From assembly GCA_951406725.2 (NCBI GenBank), contig OX597814.1, forward strand, positions 15,376,001 through 15,440,000: 64,000 nt of DNA. Direction: 5' to 3'. The translations under genes and the position numbers were made by a program. Below, in pieces: positions 40,758-54,576 of this stretch (the stretch's first letter is position 1; each line of letters begins with the position of its first letter). The notes below the pieces were generated by a model. It was given only the letters and a program-made list of their open reading frames with translations. It was not told the origin of the DNA and did not search any database. The stretch comes from Octopus vulgaris (Eukaryota).

Positions 40758-41354
40758 TTTGAGGTTATGAGAGGTAATGGTGTCAAGAAGACCCAAAGGT
40801 GTCAGGTAATGCTGAGTAAATGCTATGTAGAGACTATAGTTAAGCTCCAGGTTCGGTGATTATGCGAATGAGGAGTCCAATGTAGGTCATATATCAGCAT
40901 GCGTATATATAAAAATTAACTGAATGAGATAAAAATCCAAGGTTGTGAAAGATTTCAGAACATTTATAAAGAGAAGATCTTACAGCTGTTTCCGGGATAT
41001 ATAAAATACCCCTTCATAGGAGACGGTGTGAGAAAATGGTTAAGGAATAGTTATTCTAGAGAAGATATGAAATAGAGAGTGAAGTGGAGGAATGAAAGCA
41101 GACGTGAGATATGGAGGGATATTGTATCTGCAGTTCCATTATTTAGGCAGAATGGTATGCATATGTGTGTGTGTGTTTTTGTTATTTGACCGATGTTGGT
41201 GTGTTTACGACCCCGTCAATTAGCGATTCGGCACAAAAGACCGGTAGAATAAATACTAGGCTTACAAAGAATAAGTACTGGGGGCGATTTATTCGACTAA
41301 TGGTGGTGCTCCAGCATGGCCGCAGTCAAATGTCTGAAACAAATAAAAGAATAA
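40574..41354 (+). mobile_element. SINE family A nested in the mariner, split at its (TA)n
   Basis: 5' half 40574-40713 and 3' half ~41165-41354 align to family A. Confidence 0.88.
40757..41150 (-). mobile_element. Putative PLE pLTR fragment with decayed HHR (40977-41024)
   Basis: GUCU CCUAUGAA GGGGUAU-uuuau-AUAUCCC G GAAA CAGCUG UA AGAU; palindromic ACAGCUGU stem III; 5' core damaged. Confidence 0.6.
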
Positions 41355-42557
41355 CAGCGGATAAGACTTCATCATCACTGCGGTAGAGATTCCCCAGCCA
41401 AATATTTTTTCATGCTATGGAACAGATGATAGCCAGATGGGGTCAGATGAGGAGAAGTTTTCAAAGCCAAAACTCACGCATATCTGTCGTTGAAAATAAG
41501 TATTTGTGTGTTAAAGCATTTTCCTAGTGAAACAAGTCTCTTTTCCTCAGTTTTCCTGGGAATTTAATCCTGATTTGCATCCCCAAAATCTGAGGCCAAT
41601 ATATTCTCTACAAATGAAATGTCCTTGGCCTTTTTTGAAGCAGGCAAAGAGAAGAGTTACCACTGCATGGATTGTTTCTGGCTCAAAGCGATGAAGCCAT
41701 CAGCTATCCTCTTTAGCAAACATTCTAAGAAACGAGATAGATATAACTCAAAGTGTCAGATGATCCCGTGATGTGATCCACTTGGTGCGCTCTGGATTAG
41801 GTGTCAGAAGACGTGACACCCATCGAGCAGAAACCTTTGTCATTCCAAGTTCATGGTGCAGAATATTTCAGCTCTCTCACGAAATATACTTATAGCATTG
41901 GCTATCTGTTTTGTAGTCACCTTCCTGTCACTCACCACTATGTGGTAACCACGATTAGTGGTTTCTTCGGTTGTGGTAATTGCACATCTTTGGTCATCTT
42001 CAAGACCTTCCCTTCCTAGATCCAGCTGCCCAATTTTGCACTATTGATAAAGCTGTAGCGCTATCCCCCAGTTTATAAATCATGTCAGCATGAATGCCCT
42101 GTGGGCTAAAGCTTTTTCTGTAGGCTCTTAATGAAACCACAATTCCGAATTTTGTCCATTTCGAAGAAAAGCCTCTACTATTTAAAGTTTACTTTGATCA
42201 GTCAGATTTGAGTATACCGCGACAGAAACAATGCATTTATTAATAAGAAGTGCTAAAATAAATTCATGTAAGATTTCACAGCTCTAGCTTCACTCCTTCA
42301 TAGTCAGCCTAGAAACTATTCAGCCCATCCTCATGTTTGATGACATAAATGACGCACGAATATATCGGATAAACCCGAATTTCAACTACGGATATTCAGG
42401 AAAAAAGTTACCTATTGAGAAGTGGGGAGGCGTACCTTTCCATAGGGCAACCGGAGTGATTTGTTTAAACATTAAAAAAAGAAAACGCTCTGGGTGTCAA
42501 CTTAATATACGTTATTCAAGCGGAAATGTTGTTCATTCACTTTAATTCCATCTTTCT

Positions 42558-42657
42558 NNNNNNNNNNNNNNNNNNNNNNNNNNNNNNNNNNNNNNNNNNN
42601 NNNNNNNNNNNNNNNNNNNNNNNNNNNNNNNNNNNNNNNNNNNNNNNNNNNNNNNNN
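42558..42657. other. Assembly gap (100 N)
   Basis: Read directly; true distance unknown. Confidence 1.
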
Positions 42658-43886
42658 CAAATCTTATATTAAATTGAAATTTAATCATCAATGTACTTTT
42701 CCTTATGTATGACTTCCTTCCATTTATTTACAAGCTTTTTAATCCCATCAATGTAAAAATCTGTTGGTTTCAAAGCGAAGAACTCTGAAATGTCAGTTTC
42801 GACCTACTCCTGGCTTGCGTAAGTTATGTCTCCCAAATGATTCTGTAAACTACGAAACAAGTGGTAGTCTGAAGGAGCAAGGTCGGGAGAATAAGGTGGG
42901 TGAGAAGCTTTTTCCCAACCAAGATATTCGATCTTCTGTGATGTGATCTTTGCAGTGTGGGGTCGCGCATTGTCCTGATGAAACATCCCTACTTTTCGAT
43001 TCACTAAATCGGGTCTTTTGTCTTCAAAACTTGGTTCAAACGCTTTAATTGTTGACAGTAGGCTTGAGCATTGATTGTTGTATTAGGTGGTAACAATTCA
43101 AAGTGAATTACTCCTTTGCAATCCAACCAGACAGAGAGAAGAACCTTTTCTTTAAGAAGTTAGTTCCCTTCTCGGTTGTGGTTGAGCATTTTCCCTTTTA
43201 CCAAGCCACTGTTTACGACGTTTAACCTTTCAATAGAAAAACCATTTTTCGTTAGAAGTCTATCCAAAAAGGGTGAAATGAGTTCGCTAGAATGGAGAGA
43301 AGAGCAGATGTCAACATGGGATTTGCAGTTGCTTTCAGACAATTCATGAGGCACTCATTTTCCAAGTTTAGACACCTTTCCAAGTTGTTGAAGATGACGA
43401 TGAACAGTTATTTGGTTTGAACTAAATTTTATTGCAAATTCTTCAACTGATAATGTAGGATTTTCTTCAAGTATCGCCTCAAGGAGCTTATCATCAACTC
43501 AACTGGACGTCCTGTTCGATCTTCATCTTCAAGTTTGAAATCTCCACTTCTGAATTTGCAAACCATTTTCTGCAAGTTCTTTCATTCAAGCATTCTTTCC
43601 CATAAACTGAGTGTATGTTTCGCGTCGCTTCGGTTGCAGAGTTTTCCTTTTTGTACTCATAAAGCATTATGTGCCTTAAATGCTTTTTGGATACTTCCAT
43701 GTTAGAAAGGGTTTTAATCAAAGAAATTTTAGTTCTAATATTCTGTAAAATAATATTTAATTAGTTTAAATGTACACAAATGCATAAAAATAATTTTTAA
43801 TCCAATTAGACATTCTAAAATACTATTAAATTTCATTCAGTTTTTAAAAAGATAAAATCTGACAGAACTTATGGGATGATTTGATA
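42658..43886 (-). mobile_element. Mariner (DD34D-type) transposon, near full length, frameshifted
   Basis: MEVSKKHLRHIMLYEYKK...ERTCRKWF; PHELSE; FHQDNARPHT...HPPYSPDLAPSDYHLFRSLQNHL; TIR-like end CAGAACTTATGGGATGATTTGATA; other end lost at the gap. Confidence 0.93.
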
Positions 43887-44851
43887 CAATAGCCACACCA
43901 GCATGAACAACAATAATTACGGCAACAATAAACTGTTACATGAGCATTGGTGAGAAGTAACAGCTTCAAGAAAGGGAAGTTTTCTGATTCAACATACAAC
44001 ATTTCCATAAATCCCTAGCTAATTGACCCTTCATTTTGTACCCATTGCAAGTGTTGTTTTTTTTTCTATTACCACGGAAATCTCTGTTTAAAAGTCTGTT
44101 AATGTCAGTGTAAAGTCGCTAATGTTTGTGTTATACTTCATCTAACCTTATTCAACCAAGAAATCATACTACTTTATTCCATGTTTGCTGCTTAGAGCAG
44201 CATAGGTTTCGAACACTTTCTTCTTATCAACCGGCTACTAATTCCCAAAAGATATAACCTGTAAACGAATACAGTAACACCAAAGCAATTACTTTTTGTT
44301 TTTATTTCTAGATGAAAGAAGAATTCTTTAGAGGCACCCGTTCTTCTTCCTTTAGTTAACAAATAAAATCGGTTATAAAATATTTGTCATGTAAACACAT
44401 ATTAATTAGATACATTAATAACAAGATAATTTATTGGAAACTTAATTAAGTACAAGGTGGAAATGTTAAGAGACCGTGATGTATATTGTATTCTGTAGAG
44501 TATTGATGACATAAATAAAAGGAAGTGACTTCTACAGAGAAACAAATTTAGTCGTTATTTCGTTTGCACCATTTCACCAGGAATTCAATAGAGACTCTTA
44601 CTTAGTGGATTATTAAAAGAATCTTGTTTTCAGTCAAGTCGTTAAACTAATCAGTTATTTCATTTTATTTACTAACCAGCAACTATTAATAATGTCATTA
44701 TCTCGATGCGGTCAATGTGTATGATATTTTAACTATGGAACGAAATCAAAGATATAATGTATTTACCAAACAACACAGCCAGGTGATCACACATTCACAC
44801 ACACACACATATGAATATCTGTGTGTGTGTATACGTATGCATACGTGTATG

Positions 44852-45157
44852 TTTGTTTTGTTTGTTCTTTCTCGAGCCTGGTTCATAAGTGCCGGTTTCC
44901 CGGTTTCCTTGGCGTATAGGTTCCCCACCTGGACGGGACGCCGGTCATACGCAGGTGAGCTGCAAAATGCAAGAGGAAAGAGCGAGAGAAAGTTGTGGCG
45001 AAAGTGTCAGCAGAAGTTCGCCATTACCTTCTGCCAGAAGGCGGCATGGAGCTTTAGTGTTTCGCTCATAAACACACACATCGCCCGGTCTGAGATTCGA
45101 ACCCGTGCTCCCTCGACCACGAGTCCGCTGCTCTAACCACTAGGCCATGTGCCTCCA
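44852..45157 (-). mobile_element. tRNA-derived SINE family C
   Basis: A box TGGCCTAGTGGT, B box GGTTCGAATCTC; TSD CATACGTGTATG (44840-44851 / 45158-45169). Confidence 0.92.
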
Positions 45158-48100
45158 CATACGTGTATGCATGTTTATGCTTATGCATGCATATATACAC
45201 AAAATCCATAACTCAATTGAATAACGTCTCTAATTCTTTCACTGGGATTGTGAATTCAAGTCAAGTCATATATATCATTTTTCTGATATGAAACTAAACA
45301 TATTAAGATCTTTTAATACTTTACCAACGGTGGACATGCCGTATCAGACAAATGTTGTCTTCTATTTCGTTCTCAAGTCAGAATTATTTGCTTCTCGACA
45401 TAAACATTATGTATCAGATAACAACTAACAAGTGCACAACAAATAATGTAGTTTTCAATGTCGTTCTCTCCTTAGATTACATTTTCTGTACAACCACTGC
45501 GGACGTCACGCCTTGTCAAAAATCAAGAGCTTCAAGAAAACTATAAATTCAAAACAATATCTATTTTATAGCTTTCTATTTAAAAGGAACTTAGAGTTTT
45601 ATAAATCATTAGATATTCCATGCAGAGTACTAATTACAATAATTGCATTTTCAAAATAGTGGATTTGCATAACTAGTAGAGCATCGAGGAAGATGCCTTC
45701 TAGCGTTTCTTTGTATCATTTTTATGTTTAATTTTTCAAATTTCTCTGATGTTGACTGGGTCTTTCATCTTATGAGTTAACAGAATAGATTTCCAGTCAG
45801 GTATTGGGATCGATATAATCGTCTATACCACACCCACCCACCCAGCCAAAATATACTGTATTACGCCTATGTTAGAAATCAACATTAAACTTAACTGTAA
45901 ACTATGTAAGAAAAGTGAAAAACAACTTTTGTCCGTTTGTTTGTTTTTGCTATATTTTTCAGTAGCAATTCAAATAATTTATTACGATTATTTAAAAAGA
46001 ATATTGACCTTGTTAAAAGTTCTTGATTGTTATCTTTGGAGATTTTTGCTAGACAAAAATGTAATCTTTTGCGTCTTATGCTTTTGTTTTTTTTTTTCTT
46101 CTTTTTTTTTACAATTCATTTTATCGCAATATCTTTATTAAAAGATTGGCTGAGACATAATTCTACTTGTGATAAAAAAGACAAACAAAAAATATATTAG
46201 AAAATGTCAACAACTATTAATGGTTTGTTTTAAATTGTCTTATTTTATATTATCTTCTTCGTAAAAGTAATATATGTTTACCAACAAATTATTATGAGGA
46301 AAACATGATATGACAAAGATGATGATAATAAAAAAGAATATAAAGAGGGAAAATAATCCATGTGTCACGTAATTGTACAAGAAAGATTAAGTTTCATTTT
46401 GAAATATTTGCACCGTGACATGAGAGAAAAAGAAAATAAATTTGATGGAAATATTGAGAATAATGAATAATTATCTACTACAAGACATAATCGAGATTTG
46501 TGAGCGTAGGGTAACTGGAATCTACCTTCCTTAACTGGCTTCAGCTAATATTTGAAACCGGGATCATTGAAGTTTATTGGGAAAACCACCGAACTATGAT
46601 AGCCATCACGTTTCTTGTTAACGAAAATTAGCATGGGATGATGATGCATTCGACAAATGTAGTTTCAATATGTTTTCCCATGGCCTCGGTTTGACAGAAG
46701 CCTTATGGAGAAAATTGTGTACAGAGTAATTGAGCGAAATCTCATAAGATGCAGTGTACTGGTTCTTAAAGGGTAAATTTAATTTATCACTAAGTTAAAC
46801 ACAGCTACCTACCTCGTCAATAACTTCTAGCGAATTCCTGTATATTGTTAATAAAATATGCAAGCCATGTTTATAGCCTAAGGATAACATTGTATTTCCG
46901 AGTTGTTTTCTAATGCAGGAGCCAATGAGAAGTGGTTTCTTTGCATCACCTGTTTGAAGGATCGACTTTCCTACGTAATAATTTTCCTAATTTGAAGTTA
47001 CACAAAGCTGGTATTCATCTCTAGTTTTCATTGCGCTCGTTGGTTAAGAGAAAAGTTTTCTCAATTCGAGGTTGCTTAATATAAATATCCTGCTCTAACG
47101 TAATTAACTTAGAAGATATATGAAAGTTTGAGTCTAATTTGCAAAGAAGTCATTATTTCAGTCACGTTATCTAAAAGACATGTATTGAAAGAATTGTTCA
47201 TGCGGTCCTCAACCTAGCAGAAATATCAGTGCCAAATGTTTCCCTCAGAGGAACTTAAATGGACTTTAAGCTCACCATATGGTGCGCACGACATATCGGG
47301 TGTAGATGACCTTTAAATTGAATGCGTGAGAAATTCGATGGTATAATTACGACTACAACTTCATTGATCATAATTTTGACTTCTTGCCCAATCCGCGCGA
47401 AACTGTGATGAAGATCAACTGGTAAAAGACATAAAACTATATTAAAGCTATATTAAAATATAAGCTTTTGTTTTCACTTATAAGGCTAACGAAATTTCCT
47501 CTGGTGGATGTTTCGAACATTATTTAGAAATATTTGTAAGCTTTTACACATGTAGTGAGTTGAAAATCGTTGATCATCAGATGATATTGAAGCAACTACC
47601 TGATTAAAACTCTCTAGTTTAAGAATCTAATTGGAACTAACACGCTGAAAATAACAAGAAATGGAGATAATTCCTCTAATTTCAATTGAACGAAATATTT
47701 TGACAACAAAGTCAATACAGTTTAGAGTAGAACTCGTTTATAAGCAACCAGATTAAATAGCATGTCATATCTGCTTGAAGCTACATTTCGATCCACTCAC
47801 TACTTATTGCTGAATATGTGTTTAAGGTAATGGATTACTATAATCAGTAAAGAGTCGGATAATATGCATATCTGTTGCACTTCATATTCGCATTTCAAAA
47901 TCCATCGGGGTTAAATTTGTCTTTTATCCGAGTTCAATAAAATATAGTAGATTATTTAATTGAGTATACTCTCCATAAATCATCGACCTTCTACCGATGT
48001 TACAAACCGATATTATATAAAAATTCCCAACTAGTATTTCTTATAAATGTAGTTGTTGTTTATCTACAAATTGCCTCTGATTCAAAAGATATCTGACCAC

Positions 48101-49228
48101 AGTCATTCTTGCAATGGCAATCTCATCTGTTTTAAATTATGTCATATGGTTAAAACGTTTGCTTAGTCTGTGTTAAACCTCACGCTGTAACGCTTCGGGA
48201 TGTGTCGTCTGCCAAAGTCTCGCGTTAACGCAATAAGTTTGGATAGACTGGTTAGACGCAAACTGTGTAGAAGCTGTTTGAATAGACTGTACCACTTACT
48301 GGTAGATTGCCCGGCTTAATACCACCGCCTGACTTTAAATGGTTTTTGCAAAGTCCACTCAATAGCAAATACCTGGACCATGGAACCGATCTGAAAGTAA
48401 CTTCTCTTACTCCACCAATATTAGAAATCTTGCTAAATGTTATGAGTGCTGCCTATCTCTTCTTCAGATACATATGTGCGATGTGAGGGTGATTTAGCTG
48501 GCATTTCTAGTAGGCTTCTTTGACTGCAGCTTAAGCACATCGATTAAAAACGGGTTTAAAACTGTTGCTGGAATACGAAAAGTGTCGATATCTTACATGA
48601 AAGAAACGCATCTATGGGAAATGTCCCATTAAACAGACCTATTTTATTGGCCACATAAAGATAAAACAATTGTAGAATTATTTTTCAGAAGGTACAGAGA
48701 GATATCAATAACTTATCATCGCTTCTCTAAGAATCAACCATCGTTTCTTTATGGAACATTATCAAGGAGAAAACCTTTGTGTTGTCACAGGTTTTTGTTA
48801 GAAATAACGATGAACTCTCGCTTCAATGACGTTCTATCACCATGAATAAAGAAGAACAGATTGAATGATAGAGTCAAGAGACATATGTGTCTGGGGTCAA
48901 AGGATAGAAATCAAACAAACAAAAACAAAACAAAACAAACAAACAAACAAATGTTTACGGTTACAGTTGGCATGATTTCCGTCATTGGTCGACTCGAGCA
49001 AAGACGAACAGCAATTGAACGATTGAACGACGAAAACAGTAACAAAGTCCATGCGCTCTAAGCCTCCTAGTATGAACAGATATTTGGCCATACATCAAGA
49101 GTTGGCATTAGTGACACAACCAATTGTTAATGATTCGAGTCTTAAATTGATACCAAATAACATTAACAGTGCATTATTCAATATAATTTGTCAGCTCTGA
49201 TCAATTTACATTTCCCATCTTTCCCTAC

Positions 49229-49284
<56 letters not shown>

Positions 49285-49532
49285 CTTTGACACTCTCTTT
49301 CCGCTACTGTCACTACGTTGTTCTTTTCCTGCTTCACTTACTCTTTTTTCAGTCTTTTTTCCTTTATGTTCGCTGTGTGCTTAGCGCGCACGCAGCCCAC
49401 GTGTGTGTGTGTGTGTGTTGCTCATATTTACTGCGTTGATGTGAAAATGAAGGAACTAGTCAAGTGTACATTATATCAACCCAGCGATATTTACAATATA
49501 TTTCATAGACGTTCTTATATATTTTTATCGAG

Positions 49533-49585
<53 letters not shown>

Positions 49586-49599
49586 CTCGATAATGTTGT

Positions 49600-50400
49600 T
49601 AATGCTAGAAAACTCCAGGCCCTGCGCTGCCAGCGCCCAAAACTGACCGAAAACCTTTCAGGCTACACTGGCCTAGAGTGGGATTACAATCCCAGAACCT
49701 AAATCAGTGCGGGAAGTGGGTATGGACATGAGTGATGATACATCTTTCCAGGTGCACTTTACCAAGATGGCAAGAAAATGTAGACGGCTGTCTGTCTGGA
49801 TCGTGAGAATCTTCAGATACAGAGATAAGGAAACCATGATGGCATTCTGGACGACATTTGTGTTCAGCCACCTAGACTACTGCTCCCAGCTATGGTCAAC
49901 TCACAGTGTAAAGTTAACAGCAGACCTTGAAGCAATCCAGCGAGACTGCACTAAGAAGATCGTCTCATTGCTATAGCTCAGCTTACTGGGAAAGGCTGAA
50001 ACAGCTATGACTATTTCCTGGAGTGAAGGTTGGTGAGATATACTTTACTATACATCTAAAAGCTCTTAGAAGGGACTGCGCCAAATTCTGGCATTGAAAG
50101 CTACAGAAATGCCAGAACAGGTCACCACTGCACAGTGCCAAAGATCCCAACAATGCCGTCGCGCTTCAAGACCAGTTAATGCAACAGCCTGGGTTTCAAG
50201 GGCCTACAGCTTTTTAATATTCTCCCAAAGAGCCTGAGAAATCTACATAAAGTGGATGTAGGTGTTTTCAAAACAAAACTAGAGGTAGGTTCATCTGGAT
50301 CTCATCCCAGATTAACTAACCTCGTATCAGAGGGGGAAAATTATGGCAGTGACAGCAAACTCACCTATTGACCGAATGTCACATATCAGCGTAGGCTCTC
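49600..50400 (+). mobile_element. CR1/L2-group LINE 3' remnant
   Basis: VREVGMDMSDD...WIVRIFRYRDKETMMAFWTTFVFSHLDYCSQLWS...LEAIQR...YWERLKQL. Confidence 0.85.
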
Positions 50401-50436
50401 ACTAATAACAGTGTAGCAAAACGGTGGTGCCCTAGC

Positions 50437-50637
50437 ATGCTCAACTACACCCCAAGCGTAAAAATCAAGGTGGTTACCGCCTAAGGAGTTAGGTAGCCAG
50501 ATGTTAGGGGTGATGTGGTCGCAAAAATTTTATGATAGCCATGACTGGATTCCCTTGCTTGTGTGGCATGGAGCAGAGTCCTGTTGCCAGACATAGGGTC
50601 TTCCAGAAGCCACCCCCTTGACCCAAGGTAGCACTAC
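50437..50637 (-). mobile_element. Tc1/mariner DD37D (maT-like) transposase fragment
   Basis: RPYVWQQDSAPCHTSKGIQSWLS*NFCDHITPNIWLPNSLGGNHLDFYAWG; 37 residues between the second and third catalytic D. Confidence 0.82.
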
Positions 50638-50789
50638 CAAATTTCTGGCTGAGCGAATTGTGTTATGGTGCTATTATTCTCCCAGATAGTGCCCAACTGA
50701 CTTTACTGTACTGTGTAGTCGACAAAATCAAAACGAAGCTATGCCCATGCGCAGAACTAAAAATTAAAAATGGCGACAATTTCCCATCG

Positions 50790-50904
<115 letters not shown>

Positions 50905-50905
50905 T

Positions 50906-51649
50906 CAAGATTCAGTTGAATTAGGCACTTAAGTTGAAGCACCAAGTAAGTTTGGTATTATCCGCACAGCTCGAAGAAAGGTGAATAAAATTAAAGTAAG
51001 CAACAGGATATCAAGTAGTAATGAACTACGACTGTTTCAAGCGGCTCCACTTAATTGAACAATGCAATCATTATATCAATTTAAATACGGCGCTGTCTTC
51101 AGCAGCGCAACATATATATATGGAACTTCAGCAGGTAGGATATATTAATATATTCTTTCTTAAATATTTTAACAGATGGATGAAATTCCTGTTATCACTA
51201 TTGTAGCAAAAGTGGCTAAGAATAAACAGACTACAATTTCTTAGAATAACATGGAGTATGGTGGGATCATAGGGTAATTCTAAATATACACTGTCTTCTA
51301 GTCTCAGATCTTAGTAATTGATAAAGATAAAAATAAAATGGAAATGAATTACAACCCTATGACCCCACTATGATCCATGCTATTCTAAGAAATTGTAGTC
51401 TGTTTTTTCTTAGCCACTCTTCCTACAATAGCGAGAACATAAATTTCTTCCATCTCCATGCTCTGTTAAAACATTTAAGAAAAATTATATGAATGTATCC
51501 TACCTGTTGAAGTTCCATATGTATTTATTTTGAGTGTAGCTGAAGACAGCGCTGTATTTAAACTGATGTAATGATTGCATTGTTCAATTAAATGGAATCA
51601 CTTGAAACTGTCGTACTGCATTACTACTTGATATCATGTTGCTTATTTT
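50906..51649 (-). mobile_element. PLE-type pLTR fold-back; ~285-bp arms 50993-51275 / 51354-51649
   Basis: Diverged inverted repeat between (TA)n tracts; HHR-like motif in each arm; terminus similar to the 24337 element. Confidence 0.8.
51534..51621 (+). ncRNA. Hammerhead-like motif with long stem II (inverted twin at 51021-51108, minus)
   Basis: GUGUAG CUGAAGA CAGCG...(long AU hairpin)...CACUU GAAA CUGUCG UA CUGCAU; twin shows AGCG/CGCU at the base of stem II. Confidence 0.6.
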
Positions 51650-51650
51650 G

Positions 51651-51688
<38 letters not shown>

Positions 51689-51774
51689 TAAATTATGCAT
51701 GAATGCATGTGTGTGGATGACATGCTTGCGTGTATTTGCGTTGCATGCCTACACATGTTTATATATACGTATTA

Positions 51775-51910
51775 TAAGAACAAGTTCTTCAAGGGCAAGT
51801 TTACATGATTTGAGGAAGTTTGCTGAGAATCTGTCAGAGCCAGCAACTAAGTTTGTGTCTACCACATCTATGGCCAGTATTACTTCTTTGATGTCAATGT
51901 AATCAATTGT
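51775..51910 (-). mobile_element. Small CR1-like RT-upstream fragment
   Basis: IDIKEVILAIDVVDTNLVAGSDRFSANFLKSCKLAL resembles the K-A-GPDG region of LINE ORF2. Confidence 0.5.
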
Positions 51911-52082
51911 CACTGCCTCCTTTTTGTACATTTATAGTGGTAAAGAACTCTATAGACTTGCGTACTTGTATGTGCCGTAAGAGTGGGCTAGAAGCTCTTT
52001 TGAATTGGTAATTCAATACCACTTATCATGAATGGGTTTCCCACGAGCGAACCATCGTATAGAAAGAGTCGTCCTACCTTGC

Positions 52083-52451
52083 GTGGAGGCGCAATGGCCC
52101 AGTGGTTAGGGCAGCGGACTCGCGGTCTCGATTCCCAGACCGGGCGTTGTGAGTGTTTATTGAGCGAAAACACCTAAAGCTCCACGAGGCTCCGGCAGGG
52201 ATGGTGGTGATCTCTGCTGTACTCTTTCACCACAACTTTCTCTCACTCTTACTTCCTGTTTCTGTTGTACCTGTATTTCAAAGGGCCGGCCTTGTCACTC
52301 TCTGTGTCACGCTGAACATCCCCGAGAACTACGTTAAAGGTACACGTGTCTGTGGAGTGCTCAGCCACTTACACGTTAATTTCCCGAGCAGGCTGTTCCG
52401 TTGATTCGGATCAACCGGAACCCTCGTCGTCGTAACCGACGGAGTGCTTCC
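52083..52451 (+). mobile_element. SINE family B, near full length
   Basis: TSD TCCTACCTTGC (52072-52082 / 52454-52464); short deletion in the head. Confidence 0.95.
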
Positions 52452-53404
52452 TTTCCTACCTTGCAGCGCGCGGCGGTAGTTTTTTGACAAACTTAAAGAA
52501 GGCTTTAGGTTGCGATTTTATGTTTTCTCTAACTCAGGCTTCCTTGTCTGCTTCCTCTTTATCTTACATTCATCTGAATTTGTGCATGTATGGCGACGTT
52601 GCACATGCGTGAACATATAAAGCTTACATACAATTATATGCGAGTAAAATCGCGTGTATATCTATTATGTTTCCAGGTAGCCATCACTTTTTCTAGCTAG
52701 ATTGATTTATTTTAATGCTAGCGGCTGTTATTGTATTTAGAACGTAAATAAGAAATATGTTTGTTTTTCGTTAAAAACAGCACCCATTTATATACACCTC
52801 GACTTATATATGTATGCATATGTTTAATCAAACACAGAGACACACACACGTACATACATTATATATACACGCATGTATATATATAATGTATTTAACATAT
52901 GAATGATTCTTGGAATACGATGTATTCGTGTATCCTATCAATTATCGACGAAGCAGTAAATCTAGGTGATATATTCTATAAGATATTGAACAACGGTTTC
53001 ATTGGTAAACATTCACTCTCGTCTAGCCATCTACAGTCTTGTACTGCAACATACGTCTTTGCGGTGTATTTTCACCAAGCATCTGTCTCAACACAGCTTT
53101 TAGCAGCAATTACTACTTAGCTAAAATAGCTACAGGTGTATTTCAACCTGATGTGTCCGCTGTCTCTTCTCGTTATTCCTATTGTGTCTCATTTGGTATG
53201 TGGAGCTCTTTTCAAAATGAAGTGTTCAGAACATGTTTAAAACGTGTAAAAATCAACGGGAGATCGTAAATCCAATCACTTGATTTCATTGCGCTAGCAG
53301 AGGCTCGTTTAGAAACAATTGTTTTCTTAAAGACAATTGAACAACATGCCACCTAATTAGATACTGAGAGCCAAACTTCATTCTAACTATACAACTAACT
53401 CTTA

Positions 53405-53654
53405 AAATAAAATAAATGCGCCCTTTTTAAAGCCTTGCCAGTCTCATGGGCCCGGTTTCCCGGTTTCAATGGTATATGTGTTCCCCAACTGGACGGGACG
53501 CCAGTCGAACGCAGCGTTACTCATTTTTGCCAGCTGAGTGGACTGGAGCAACGTGAAATGATGTGTTATGCTCAAGAACACAACACGTCGCCCGCTCCAG
53601 GAATCTAAACCACAATCTTACCATCAACCTAACCACTAAGCCACGCGCTTTCAC
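53405..53654 (-). mobile_element. tRNA-derived SINE family D
   Basis: A box TGGCTTAGTGGT; body GCTCCAGTCCACTCAGCTGG...GACTGGCGTCCCGTCCAG; TSD ACAACYAACTCTTA (53391-53404 / 53655-53668). Confidence 0.88.
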
Positions 53655-54539
53655 ACAACCAACTCTTACGAAAAGAAAAAAAATAAAGCTAACATTGGCG
53701 CAGTTGTTGCTGTGTGGTAAGAAGTTTGCTTCCTAACCAATTTGGTCCCGGGTTCAGTTCCACTGCAGGGCACATTTGGCAACTGTCTTCTACTATAGCG
53801 TCGGGCAGGCCCATGTCTTGATAGTAGATTTGGTCGACACAATCGTTAGGCACTCAGAGAAAGACACGCGGTTCTGATTGTTTTTCACACCTGTTTGAAA
53901 AAATAGTTCATCAGAAGATTGTGTACCATACAGAAATATAACGATACCGCTGGTTAGCCATCTTCTGTGTAGCGTGTAATATTTGAAAACTACTACGACG
54001 ATGATAATGAGATGAAAGAAGCAACAACAGCAGCAACAATGAGTATCTGCTTCCTATTTCATGACTGTCCAAAAACGATTAGTCGGAACTAGCTTCAGAT
54101 GGCGCATAATCAAATGAACTTGTACCGATTCTTGACAGCCGGTGTGACAATGAATGCGATGTACAATAAATATTTCTACCAGGAAAAGCGATAACCCATT
54201 AGCAATTTATCCATTGTAATATCTACCTGATTAATCTATAAGCTTGAATGGAGACACACACATATTCACACCTGTTTGGCGTTGATCATTTCTTTTATCT
54301 TTTATTTGTTTCATACGTTGAACTGCGGTCATGCTGGGGCATCCATTCCAGACATTTTGGAAGAATAAATCAACCTCAATATTTATATATATATATATAT
54401 ATTTTTAAGGTTAGTACTTATTCAGTTGGACTGTCTTGCCAAGTTATGAGGACGTAAGCAAACTAAGACCGGTTGTCAAGTGGGAAGGACTGACAAACAA
54501 TCACAAAGACACACTTATACACGCGCACATTCACACACA

Positions 54540-54540
<1 letters not shown>

Positions 54541-54576
<36 letters not shown>

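Larger units (their letters stand above)
40475..42335 (-). mobile_element. Decayed mariner element with both TIRs, interrupted by nested insertions
   Basis: TIRs TGAGGGGAGGCGGAAAATTTCATAGGCTGAC / GTCAGCCTAGAAACTATTCAGCCCATCCTCA; minus translation MDKI...STVQN-like HTH...HELGMTKVSARWVSRLLTP. Confidence 0.85.

Noticed and set aside
44197-44238. Minus UUGAUAA GAA..UUC GAAA CCUA, a would-be U3-A8 variant
   Set aside because: Stem I does not pair in register, stem III is not palindromic, and there is no TA-tract or PLE context; likely chance.
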